In this document: positions 9,841 through 18,017 of the stretch, in pieces
How positions within the stretch are numbered: position 1 is the stretch's first letter
How the letters are laid out: each line of letters opens with the position of its first letter
Origin: an uncultured virus (IMG/VR IMGVR_UViG_3300006735_000024)
Taxonomy: Duplodnaviria > Heunggongvirae > Uroviricota > Caudoviricetes
Virus record (IMG/VR): IMGVR_UViG_3300006735_000024
Direction: 5' to 3' (one strand)
Length of the DNA: 20,000 bases
Position numbers and translations under genes: made by a program
Notes under the pieces: generated by a model
The model's input: the letters and a program-made list of their open reading frames with translations, nothing else
Told to the model about the DNA's origin: nothing
Databases searched by the model: none

Positions 9841-10557
9841 ATGAATTCATTATCCGATTTGTTGATAGCGACACCAAAATATCAAGTAACAATACCCTCA
9901 ACAAAAACTAAAACCTCTTTCCGTCCCTTTTTAGTAAAGGAAGAAAAGATTCTTCTGCTTGCTCAAGAGGGAAACGATCCAGATAATATGGTAATGGCAT
10001 TACAATCACTAGTTGAATCGTGCGTAGACGATATTGACGATGCCTCTTCTCTGCCTCTGTTTGATATAGAATTTCTTTTTCTAAGAATCAGAGGAAAATC
10101 AGTAGGTGAAATGGTACAACCCATAATAATATGTCCAGATACTGGAGAAGAGATTGAAATTTCTGTAAATCTTTCAGATATAGCAGTAAAGTATACAAAA
10201 GGACATACAGATAAAATCAAAATATCAGATGATTTAATTGTTCATATGAAATACCCTTCACTTGCTCTCCTAAAGGAAAGAAACACTGGAATTGATTATA
10301 CTTCTCCGTCATCTTTTTATGATTTGATTTCCGATTGTATATCAAAAATAGAAACGAAAGAAGAAGTTATAGACACAACAACCTATTCCAGAGAAGAACT
10401 GGTATCTTTTGTTGATAATATGACAAAAGAGCAGTTTGAAAAATTATTAGAGTTCTTTGTTACTTCTCCAAGAGTAGAACACATTGTAAAATATACAGCA
10501 TCAGACGGGGTTGAAAGAGAGGTGGTTCTGTCTGGACTCTCGGATTTTTTCGGTTAG
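9841..10557 (+). CDS. gp26: Baseplate hub assembly protein gp26
   Basis: TPKYQVTIPST..FRPFLVKEEKILLLAQE, FDIEFLFLRIRGKSVGE, MKYPS, and C-terminal LSGLSDFF. Confidence 0.93.
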   Translation: MNSLSDLLIATPKYQVTIPSTKTKTSFRPFLVKEEKILLLAQEGNDPDNMVMALQSLVESCVDDIDDASSLPLFDIEFLFLRIRGKSVGEMVQPIIICPDTGEEIEISVNLSDIAVKYTKGHTDKIKISDDLIVHMKYPSLALLKERNTGIDYTSPSSFYDLISDCISKIETKEEVIDTTTYSREELVSFVDNMTKEQFEKLLEFFVTSPRVEHIVKYTASDGVEREVVLSGLSDFFG

Positions 10558-10769
10558 GGCTCACACATACGAGCCTTCTTCAACACTACCAAATAACCTT
10601 TCAACTGATGCAACACCATAAATACAATCTCAGAGAATTGGAATTTTTAATGCCTTGGGAAAGAGATGTCTATGTTTCGCAGTTAATTGAATACATAGAG
10701 GTAGAGAATGAAAAAATTCAAATGGCAGAACTAGAAAGAAAACAACAATCTAAAATGGGCTGGATGTAA
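10545..10769 (+). CDS. gp51: Baseplate hub assembly protein gp51 (first ATG at 10608; probably reached by -1 frameshift from gp26)
   Basis: Not in the ORF track. The frame reads ...LTHTSLLQHYQITFQLMQHHKYNLRELEFLMPWERDVYVSQLIEYIEVENEK, with the typical gp51 motif. Its TAA overlaps the next ATG (TAATG). Confidence 0.88.
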   Translation, partial: FFRLGLTHTSLLQHYQITFQLMQHHKYNLRELEFLMPWERDVYVSQLIEYIEVENEKIQMAELERKQQSKMGWM

Positions 10770-11995
10770 TGGAAAATAAACCGACATTTAAAAACTCTCT
10801 CCTTTCTTACTTTGATTCCAGAAAGAAGGGAGAGGATATACCCGAACTAAATGAGAAGAAGTTAAAGGCACACCCTACTCATAAAATACCAAATCAAATA
10901 ACTCCAAATCCAGTCGATGAGCAGGTAGGAAATAAGAACATATCTGAATTAAGTGGTTCTATTGACAACCTAATTAAAGCACTCAATAGTATGTCTGGTT
11001 CTTCCTCTATTTTTAAAAAAAGCATAACCAACAATAACACAGTAAGTAATAATATCACCCACAAAGAAAGTCCTTCTCAGGAAACATCAAACACAAGAAT
11101 GGACATCTTTAATAACATTCACAAAACATTCAAGAAGAATATATTAAACAACCCAACAAAGAATATAAAGAATGCTAAAGAGATAGCATTTACTCCAATT
11201 CCTAAGATTATTAAATCCACAAACACAGATAAATCAGAAAAGTTTGTTGAAAATCTAATATCTACGAATACTTTGCAAAATAAAATAAACAAAGTATCAA
11301 GTCAAATGACTCATAAATTGACAAAAATGAATAAACCCAACAGGCAATACAGAGCGACAACAGCAAACAAAAGAGTTCCTAAGATTGTTGAGTTGACTCA
11401 CATGACAGAGAATAACAAAAATGTATTTAAAAATCTATCAAATAAAATGATGACAGTTGTTCCTAACAAAACATCAAGTAAGATACTGTCTTCTTTGATG
11501 AATTATGAATCAACTTCAAATTATAAGAACATCAATCCAAGCACCATTGAAAAACATATTCAAACGTCAATTCATAAAATGAATATGAGTAATGTTGTTG
11601 GAAAACAAAAATACAATTTACTCCAAGTGCCTTCTCTCGCAGAAGGTGGTGTTGTTGACACCCCAACCCTTGCAATGGTAGGAGAAGGTAGAAGGGGTGA
11701 AACAGTATCTGAAATAAAACCAATCGACAGACCCACAAATATACAAAAATCACAGTCACCTACTGCTTCTTCGGTAGGTGCAGAAAAAATGAATGCGAAT
11801 GCCGCTCTGAAGATGCATAATGATACTTCCAATCAAGAGGCGGGAGGACCATCAAGTGTGATAATCGATAAATCCACAACAAACCCATCAAAAAATCCCC
11901 CCGACTCAGCGAGTTTTACGGATGGTGCCCCAAAGAGTATGACAGCACTACAAACACAAACCCATTTCCCAAGGTGGCGAAGAACTATGGGATAA
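10769..11995 (+). CDS. Putative tape-measure-like (gp29-position) protein, low complexity
   Basis: Follows gp26/gp51. Contains VPSLAEGGVVDTPTLAMVGEG, a motif common near tape-measure C-termini. N/K/S/T-rich. Confidence 0.5.
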   Translation: MENKPTFKNSLLSYFDSRKKGEDIPELNEKKLKAHPTHKIPNQITPNPVDEQVGNKNISELSGSIDNLIKALNSMSGSSSIFKKSITNNNTVSNNITHKESPSQETSNTRMDIFNNIHKTFKKNILNNPTKNIKNAKEIAFTPIPKIIKSTNTDKSEKFVENLISTNTLQNKINKVSSQMTHKLTKMNKPNRQYRATTANKRVPKIVELTHMTENNKNVFKNLSNKMMTVVPNKTSSKILSSLMNYESTSNYKNINPSTIEKHIQTSIHKMNMSNVVGKQKYNLLQVPSLAEGGVVDTPTLAMVGEGRRGETVSEIKPIDRPTNIQKSQSPTASSVGAEKMNANAALKMHNDTSNQEAGGPSSVIIDKSTTNPSKNPPDSASFTDGAPKSMTALQTQTHFPRWRRTMG

Positions 11996-12025
11996 AAAAA
12001 AGGGAGTCCCGAAGGACTCCCTTTT
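11994..12025. terminator. Bidirectional intrinsic terminator
   Basis: A8-GGGAGTCC-CGAA-GGACTCCC-T4 between convergent genes. On the minus strand it is a C(UUCG)G tetraloop stem followed by U8. Confidence 0.93.
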
Positions 12026-12048
12026 CCACAAGAACTAGATGATTCAAA

Positions 12049-12927
12049 TCACTCGTTCGCCAACTTTTCAAAATATGATAGAGCGTCTGTATCTTCTTGT
12101 GTTTCTTCAACATTACGAGTTGAAGGAGAATCTTCATTACTGAAACTTGTGCTTTCGGCAGTAGAGGTTTCTGAAACCTCTGTTTGACGAATATCAGAAC
12201 CAATAACCTCATTGAGTCTCTTCTTGAGTTCATCGTAAGTCTTGAAGGTAGAAGGATCTGTAAACTCACTGAGAGCATATTGAGTATTCCAAAGTTCTTC
12301 TAGTTTTGTATCATCACCATCATAAATGGCAGAAGATGAATCAAACTCTGACTTATCGTAGTTGATAAATCCTGCAACCTTGCGAACCTTCAACTTGAAA
12401 TTAGCACCCTTCCAGAAGTCAAATGGGTTGATTGCTTCCTCATCAGCAAACTCTGGTTGCATCGCTTCCTGAATCTTGTCGAAAATCTTCTTACCATACT
12501 TGTAAAGAAATACCTTACCTTCGTTCTGTGGGTTCGCAGGATCACTCACAATGAGAATATTGGAAGTATAATGCAAACGACGCTTTCGTTCCCTTGCAAT
12601 ATCCTTGTCTCTCTCCACACCGCTGTTCCAAAGTTCAGTATTCATTTCTGATACTGGGTCTTCGTCTCCGATGGTTGTTCGAGACTTTTCGATATACCAA
12701 CCACCCTTACCTTTGAAACCGTGGGAGTAATACTTCGCCCAAGGAAGATCCTCACCCTCAACGGCAGGAAGGAATCGAATAACAGCATAACCGTTACTGG
12801 ACTTGTCCAACTCTGGACGCCAGAAGCGATCATCCTTATAGGAATCCTTCTTGTTTAGTTGTTCAATTTGTTTTGTTAGATCACCAATGCTAGATTGTGA
12901 ACGCTTCTTAAAATCTGAAAATGACAT
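12049..12927 (-). CDS. gp32: Single-stranded DNA-binding protein gp32
   Basis: DDRFWRPELDKSSNGYAVIRFLP, GGWYIE, NEGKVFLYKYGKKIFDKI, NPFDFWKGANFKLK, and acidic tail ending SYFEKLA. Confidence 0.97.
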   Translation of the reverse strand: MSFSDFKKRSQSSIGDLTKQIEQLNKKDSYKDDRFWRPELDKSSNGYAVIRFLPAVEGEDLPWAKYYSHGFKGKGGWYIEKSRTTIGDEDPVSEMNTELWNSGVERDKDIARERKRRLHYTSNILIVSDPANPQNEGKVFLYKYGKKIFDKIQEAMQPEFADEEAINPFDFWKGANFKLKVRKVAGFINYDKSEFDSSSAIYDGDDTKLEELWNTQYALSEFTDPSTFKTYDELKKRLNEVIGSDIRQTEVSETSTAESTSFSNEDSPSTRNVEETQEDTDALSYFEKLANE

Positions 12928-13008
12928 AAATGTCTCCTTGTTTTTCTCACGGTACTCCCGTGTTCTAGTAATCGGTGGGACCTCCCCACCACTTAACTAT
13001 GTATATCC

Positions 13009-13036
13009 ATTATAGTGACATTCGACGCCACTACAA
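13009..13036 (-). promoter_or_regulatory. Possible sigma70-type promoter for gp32
   Basis: TTGTAG-16 nt-TATAAT, immediately followed by a TATACATA late-promoter-like box (12998-13005). Confidence 0.5.
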
Positions 13037-13039
13037 GAA

Positions 13040-13267
13040 TCAAATTGGTAGTTTTGAAGTTTTTTGTGGAAGCATATTAAACTTGATACCTTCCTGTTCA
13101 ATTTTCTCTATAATTGGTTTCGACAAATACTTTGCCGCAATTGTAGGTTCGATGTCATATTCTTCACATGATGATAATATGGCGTCTATATATCCATAAT
13201 CACCAGATAGAACCAACTGTTCTATTCTTCGGATAAATTCACTCTGTATCTCTTTACTAAATAACAT
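13040..13267 (-). CDS. gp33: Late-transcription coactivator gp33
   Basis: F...IEQLV...YIDAIL..CEEYDIEP...AKYLSKPIIEKI..E....NMLP..KLPI; position next to gp32. Confidence 0.88.
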   Translation of the reverse strand: MLFSKEIQSEFIRRIEQLVLSGDYGYIDAILSSCEEYDIEPTIAAKYLSKPIIEKIEQEGIKFNMLPQKTSKLPI

Positions 13268-13318
13268 ATAGATTGCCTCCTCTTTTTAGGCATTTCAATT
13301 ACAAGATTTGTTATATAT

Positions 13319-13346
13319 AGTATAACAGACAGAATCAGAAAGGCAA
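13319..13346 (-). promoter_or_regulatory. Possible sigma70 promoter with extended -10 for gp33
   Basis: TTGCCT-16 nt-TATACT with TGn directly before the -10. Overlaps a palindromic TATATATA box. Confidence 0.5.
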
Positions 13347-13372
13347 GAACTTTCTTAGGAGATTTAAACTAA

Positions 13373-14794
13373 ATGGCACAACCAGACGAAAATCCAAATA
13401 TTATTATTCAGACATTCGGCAACACTGCTGAAATGGCGACTGACTATGGAAACGCAGGGAATAGTTTCGGTGCTGCCCATATTCCTGTATCTAAGATGGT
13501 TTGGGGAGATAATGTAACTGGCAACAGAGTGACTCTCGCCAACCCACTACCAATTCAGATTGCTGGTCAAACTGGGCCGACTGAAATCAGTGGTAGTATC
13601 TCAGGAACTACTGGTGGAAAAGTTGCAATGGTGAACTTTGTTCAATCAGACCTTTCCTATGCACCGTTTAAAGATGGTGCAACAGGTCTTCATTATCTCG
13701 CTGTCGCAGGTTCTACAAATGGTGCAACTCCCGTTGGTGTTACTGGACAAGTTCAGGGAATATACAATGGAATTCCTGTTGCTGTAACTGGTGATGTTAG
13801 AATTCTGGGAGCAATGGGTTCTGATAGAAACCCATCCCTCGGTGAAAATTATAATTATGTTGTTGTTGCAGGATCTTCTGGTGGAGAAACTGGTTATGGT
13901 GGTGGAGGAGAAGTTTACCCTGGCTATGGTTATGGTGTTCCAATCGCAACCACTGGTGGTAGAAGATTAAGTTCTGCGGTTGATAGCGTAAATGTCGTTG
14001 GTACAGTGAATGCAACTGGTGGTAGACAACTCAAACCAACCTCAGATGCAGTGGTTGTTTACGGAACGGATCAAACCAAATATATCCCATCGATATTATA
14101 TCGTTCCCGTGATGGTGCAACAGCAGGATTCTCTGGTGATGCAATGAAAGTAGCGATTACTAATGCTACAGGAATTACCTTTAGTGTTGAGTTGCAAAGC
14201 ACAACAACAGTCAACAACAGTGATCAACCTCAACCACTAAGAGTTCAGGGTGCGACTGGAAGTTCACCTGCTGATCCGGTAATCGTCGCAGGACAAAACT
14301 CTGGGGCACTCGAAGTTGTTTCCACTTCTGGTCTTTCTACTACAGTCTCGAATACTGTAAATATTAATGATACCGCGATTGTTTCATCTCTTGAGGATTC
14401 GTCTAAGCCTATTGTGAATAACCTCAGTGCAATCAAGACAGGAACAAATGTAATATCTGGTATTCGTTCAGACTTAAATTCTGGAAATATCAAAGCACAG
14501 ATTAGCCAGATTGTTAAGCCTACCGCTTTACGTTCTGGTACTAAGAAAGTAACCAATAATAGTTCACAGGTACACAACAACCTAGAAATATCATCTGGTA
14601 TCACTGTGAAAAATCATCCAAGCAGTCAATCAAATGTATTGATAGGAAATTCGAGTCTAGTAAATAGTGCAGACAATGGATATTTACTTGAACCGGGAGA
14701 ATCTATATTCTTAGAGATCAATAATCTAAACAAAGTTTATGTTCGACTTGAAGGTAAACTTGGACAAGCCACTGTTAATTACATTGGTAGTTGA
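13373..14794 (+). CDS. Hypothetical G/T/V-rich protein, probably virion structural
   Basis: AGGAG RBS; repeated PVAVTG/GATG-like beta motifs; C-terminal NGYLLEPGESIFLEI domain. Confidence 0.8.
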   Translation: MAQPDENPNIIIQTFGNTAEMATDYGNAGNSFGAAHIPVSKMVWGDNVTGNRVTLANPLPIQIAGQTGPTEISGSISGTTGGKVAMVNFVQSDLSYAPFKDGATGLHYLAVAGSTNGATPVGVTGQVQGIYNGIPVAVTGDVRILGAMGSDRNPSLGENYNYVVVAGSSGGETGYGGGGEVYPGYGYGVPIATTGGRRLSSAVDSVNVVGTVNATGGRQLKPTSDAVVVYGTDQTKYIPSILYRSRDGATAGFSGDAMKVAITNATGITFSVELQSTTTVNNSDQPQPLRVQGATGSSPADPVIVAGQNSGALEVVSTSGLSTTVSNTVNINDTAIVSSLEDSSKPIVNNLSAIKTGTNVISGIRSDLNSGNIKAQISQIVKPTALRSGTKKVTNNSSQVHNNLEISSGITVKNHPSSQSNVLIGNSSLVNSADNGYLLEPGESIFLEINNLNKVYVRLEGKLGQATVNYIGS

Positions 14795-14804
14795 TGGATA
14801 AACC

Positions 14805-16760
14805 ATGCTCAATAGAGGTAGAAGCAATTCGAGAAAGAATAAAAAGAGTAAGGTTTCCATACTAGGAGAAGGAACCTTTCTCGGATTGCAATTTGCTCAA
14901 TACCTAGAAGAATTAAAAGACTCTTCTGAAGTTGTAACATTAAATCCAACAATAACCTTTGTTGGGAACACTGTGATATTTGATTATAGTCGTGTTACAA
15001 ATAAAGATGACATTGACGAAATCAGAGTATTCTTTGAAAGCACTGTGTCTAGCGGAGATACCTTAACAGTCACAGGAGGAGAATATACAAATCCTCTCAG
15101 TGGTGATTCAAAAGTATATGACATCGGCGGAACATACACGTTTGATAAGTTTGATTCAAACAACTTTCTTATCTTTCTTACAAAGAGTTCCATAAACAAT
15201 GAAAGTCAAACGTACAGCAAGTACGATCAAAGATATTTTCTCAACGATAGCATTCAATGGACAACGGAAGTTGTAACCACAAATAAAATAGAAATCAATG
15301 AAGTGGTGAATATATTCGGAAGTGACTCATTGAATTCTTTTTCACGAGTCTTGGGAGAAGAACCCCAAGAGAATGATATTCTAGAAATCCAAGCAGACAA
15401 AGCAACCATAAGCACATTTAAAGTTCTTGGTTTCTATATCGACGAAGAAAGAGGCGAACACATAGTTGTGGAGGAAGAACTTCCCAATCATGGAACAACC
15501 AAAGTAGGACAGGAAATTTTTGTTAGGTTGTCCCGAGTAGAAAGCACCCAGAGTGTCACAACAACCACAACTCCTGCACCAGAAGAAGAACCACCCCCAT
15601 CAGCAGAAACACAAGATAGTCCTTTCGCACTACCTCAACCACCAGAGCGAGCAGAAGCAACTCCTTCTCCGCCCGTCCAACCAAGAACAATACAAAACTC
15701 TGCACCAACTACAAACATAACTACGGTTCCTCCAAGAACTTTAGAAGACGAAGCATATTCTAAATGGCAAAATTCTGGTAGAATAACTTATAATGTTACT
15801 GTGAAAAGACAAAGAACCGATCAAGGTTTCTATAAGAATGTTTTCTTCATTGACGGTGAACCAAATAAAACTATAAGTCTCCCTCCCGGAACTTGGGTAA
15901 GATTTAAACAGAGCGATAAGAGTAACACTAGTTCAGGCTATTCAAATACAAATCATCCATTTAAGATATCACTTACTCCTGATGGAATTCATGATGGAGG
16001 AGCGGAAAGAATAAATGGTGTTGTTCAGAAGGGCATTTTAGGAAGAACCAGAACTCCTTATACCTACGTTCAAATTGGTACTCAGGACTTATTTTATTAT
16101 TGTGCAAACCATCCGGGAATGGGTGGTAAAATTGAAGTTGCTATTGAAGAAAGAAGTTCTGTTCCCGAATGTTCAGGACAGTGTTATTCAAAGAGAATAG
16201 ATGAACTGTGCTGGGCTCCAGTACCGACAGGATGTAACGGAAGATGTGGTGGAAAGAATTTAGATGAAGATTCAGGATTTGAATATGCATGTATCTCTCC
16301 GTATGATCCACCACCTGAATGTATGCAGTACAATACACAATTTCCGTGTCTTCAACGTGGACCCATTGCATTGGATATTCCGTGTACTTCTGATATTTGC
16401 GGAAATGAAGACTCCAAAAGGTGTGCTGGTAGGGAAACTTGCATTAAATATAGAATAATCAATGCTTGTCCAGATTTGGACATTGATGGTTGGTTTGGTG
16501 TTACAGAATGTTGTTGTGGGATCGATTCCACCGACTCAGTAAGTTCTGTTAGTACTAACATCCTAAGCACACCCACACCCACACTCTCCCCGATTACTAC
16601 AACTCCTGAACCAAGAATGAACATGACAACTCCCGCACCCACCACAACTCCCGCACCCACCACAACTCCTGCACCGAGAAGAATAACAACTCCCGCACCA
16701 ACAACACCACCACCAAGTATGCCTAGTAGTGGAGGTGGTGGATATAGTTCTGGTTACTAA
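14805..16760 (+). CDS. Multidomain putative virion protein with cupredoxin-like domain, Cys-rich domain and Pro/Thr linkers
   Basis: HPFKIS...LFYYCANHPGMGGKIEV motif; PT-rich linkers; GGGGYSSGY C-terminus. Confidence 0.8.
   Translation: MLNRGRSNSRKNKKSKVSILGEGTFLGLQFAQYLEELKDSSEVVTLNPTITFVGNTVIFDYSRVTNKDDIDEIRVFFESTVSSGDTLTVTGGEYTNPLSGDSKVYDIGGTYTFDKFDSNNFLIFLTKSSINNESQTYSKYDQRYFLNDSIQWTTEVVTTNKIEINEVVNIFGSDSLNSFSRVLGEEPQENDILEIQADKATISTFKVLGFYIDEERGEHIVVEEELPNHGTTKVGQEIFVRLSRVESTQSVTTTTTPAPEEEPPPSAETQDSPFALPQPPERAEATPSPPVQPRTIQNSAPTTNITTVPPRTLEDEAYSKWQNSGRITYNVTVKRQRTDQGFYKNVFFIDGEPNKTISLPPGTWVRFKQSDKSNTSSGYSNTNHPFKISLTPDGIHDGGAERINGVVQKGILGRTRTPYTYVQIGTQDLFYYCANHPGMGGKIEVAIEERSSVPECSGQCYSKRIDELCWAPVPTGCNGRCGGKNLDEDSGFEYACISPYDPPPECMQYNTQFPCLQRGPIALDIPCTSDICGNEDSKRCAGRETCIKYRIINACPDLDIDGWFGVTECCCGIDSTDSVSSVSTNILSTPTPTLSPITTTPEPRMNMTTPAPTTTPAPTTTPAPRRITTPAPTTPPPSMPSSGGGGYSSGY
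16626..16706 (+). repeat. 18-bp coding tandem repeat (TTPAPT)
   Basis: ACAACTCCCGCACCCACC occurs twice exactly (16626-16661), with two degenerate copies at 16662 and 16686. Confidence 0.9.
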
Positions 16761-16835
16761 TAGACTCGGCGGGAGTCGAACCCACGACCAGGCGCTTATA
16801 AGGCACCCACTCTTACCACACTGAGTTACGAGTCA
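16761..16835 (-). tRNA. tRNA-Ile(UAU)
   Basis: Cloverleaf with D-stem ACTC/GAGT, anticodon arm GGTGC-CTTATAA-GCGCC, T-arm GTGGG-TTCGACT-CCCGC, acceptor GACTCG/CGAGTC and a U1:U72 mismatch. No encoded CCA. Confidence 0.88.
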
Positions 16836-16836
16836 A

Positions 16837-16910
16837 TACGAGCGGTGGGACTCGAACCCACACTGGACGGATTTTAAGTCCGTTGCCTCTGCCGATTGGG
16901 CTACGCTCGC
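16837..16910 (-). tRNA. tRNA-Leu(UAA), short variable loop
   Basis: Acceptor GCGAGCG/CGCTCGT, anticodon arm ACGGA-CTTAAAA-TCCGT, T-arm GTGGG-TTCGAGT-CCCAC, A73. Confidence 0.9.
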
Positions 16911-17227
16911 TCTCTTAGTCTCTTATGGAATTGTTCTTTGGTTTCAAAGAATGGAACATCACCCATGAGTATTTTCTTCACATGAAAAATCTCAATCGCA
17001 GTACATATAAAACAAATAACAACTGCAATAATGGCTAGATACTTTGGGAATCCAATAATCAAGTCAAGAACAATCAAAAACGCTGCACAAAAGTTCTGTG
17101 CTGTAATCATACCCAACATGGTTTGTCCAAACTGTGCCTTTGATTCATTAGACAAATCATAAATTGTACTGCAAGCAAACTTATAGCACGCATAAACTAC
17201 CAAAGGAATACAAATTATTGCAAACAT
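16901..17227 (-). CDS. Small membrane protein (about 3 hydrophobic segments)
   Basis: Hydrophobic stretches; AGGA upstream; stop codon lies inside the 5' end of tRNA-Leu. Confidence 0.65.
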   Translation of the reverse strand: MFAIICIPLVVYACYKFACSTIYDLSNESKAQFGQTMLGMITAQNFCAAFLIVLDLIIGFPKYLAIIAVVICFICTAIEIFHVKKILMGDVPFFETKEQFHKRLRERA

Positions 17228-17229
17228 GC

Positions 17230-17412
17230 TCAGTCCTGTAGGAAATTACCGTTGGGTGCTTCGTCAAGAAGAAGTTTTGCGACCTGTTCGTTGTTTACCC
17301 AATTAGAGGAACCATCCTCACATGTCACACGAATCTTATCCTCATTCACTTCAGATATTACCCCCTGCTTCAGTGATTCTTTAATTACTACCTTTTCTCC
17401 AACATCATACAT
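17230..17412 (-). CDS. Small hypothetical protein, possibly SH3/KOW-like barrel
   Basis: YDVGEKVVIK....GVISEV....IRVT.EDG...WV pattern; AAGGAG RBS; overlaps the upstream gene end. Confidence 0.7.
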   Translation of the reverse strand: MYDVGEKVVIKESLKQGVISEVNEDKIRVTCEDGSSNWVNNEQVAKLLLDEAPNGNFLQD

Positions 17413-17788
17413 TATTGGTCTCCTTTATATTAACCATTCCTGTGTTAGTAGTATACCATATATCATCGAACAATGCAAGACACCATTTCAAACAATTGCA
17501 ACATGGTTTACTCATTCGCATATCACCAAAACGATTGAACCTGTAATTGAACAATTTAAGATTATCCTTTGGTCCTTTATAACGCAAGAGTGCATCCAAT
17601 TCTGAATGCACCTCGTCAAACCTGTAACCCAATTCCTTCGCCTTCGGATGAGTCCGAAAATTATTCGTACCAATTGCAACAACTTCATTCTTACGAACGA
17701 TAATCGATACATGTTTCTTGGGACGAGTAATTGATAGCGCCGTGGGAAGTGCAATGTCGGTTAGTTTTTTAAGTTTCACGGGAGTCAT
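17405..17788 (-). CDS. Zn-dependent cytidine/dCMP-deaminase-like protein
   Basis: HSE and PCCNC Zn-binding motifs, plus N-terminal HVSIIV.KNEVVAIGTN. Start moved to ATG 17788 because the track start lies inside tRNA-Arg. Confidence 0.85.
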   Translation of the reverse strand: MTPVKLKKLTDIALPTALSITRPKKHVSIIVRKNEVVAIGTNNFRTHPKAKELGYRFDEVHSELDALLRYKGPKDNLKLFNYRFNRFGDMRMSKPCCNCLKWCLALFDDIWYTTNTGMVNIKETNNV

Positions 17789-17794
17789 TATAAA

Positions 17795-17868
17795 CACGCC
17801 TGGATGGACTCGAACCATCAACTTGCGGCTTAGAAGGCCGCTACTCTATCCAATTGAGTTACAGGCGC
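17795..17868 (-). tRNA. tRNA-Arg(UCU)
   Basis: Acceptor GCGCCTG/CAGGCGT, anticodon arm GCGGC-CTTCTAA-GCCGC, T-arm GATGG-TTCGAGT-CCATC, G73. Confidence 0.95.
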
Positions 17869-17874
17869 TCTGTG

Positions 17875-18006
17875 TCACCTGAGTTTCTTACCGTTTCCTC
17901 TTCGAGAAGTTTTCGAGGGTGCGTTACCCTTTCTCTTCTTTGAAACGCGAGGAGAACCTACCTTAATTCGAGTTGATGTCGCAGGATCATGATTTTTATT
18001 TGACAT
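17875..18006 (-). CDS. Small highly basic protein (43 aa)
   Basis: Not in the track. MSNKNHDPATSTRIKVGSPRVSKKRKGNAPSKTSRRGNGKKLR; GAGGT RBS; fills the gap between the Sm-like gene and tRNA-Arg. Confidence 0.7.
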   Translation of the reverse strand: MSNKNHDPATSTRIKVGSPRVSKKRKGNAPSKTSRRGNGKKLR

Positions 18007-18017
18007 TATATTTTACC

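Noticed and set aside
12975..13199. 74-aa plus-strand ORF and other short antisense ORFs in the track
   Set aside because: Antisense to well-supported genes (gp33, gp32, gp26, gp4 and others) with no coding evidence.
16626..16706. CRISPR-like or DGR-like repeat
   Set aside because: In-frame coding tandem repeat with no spacers, no adenine-specific variation and no RT gene.
17789..17821. Track start of the deaminase ORF
   Set aside because: It lies inside tRNA-Arg; ATG 17788 is more plausible.
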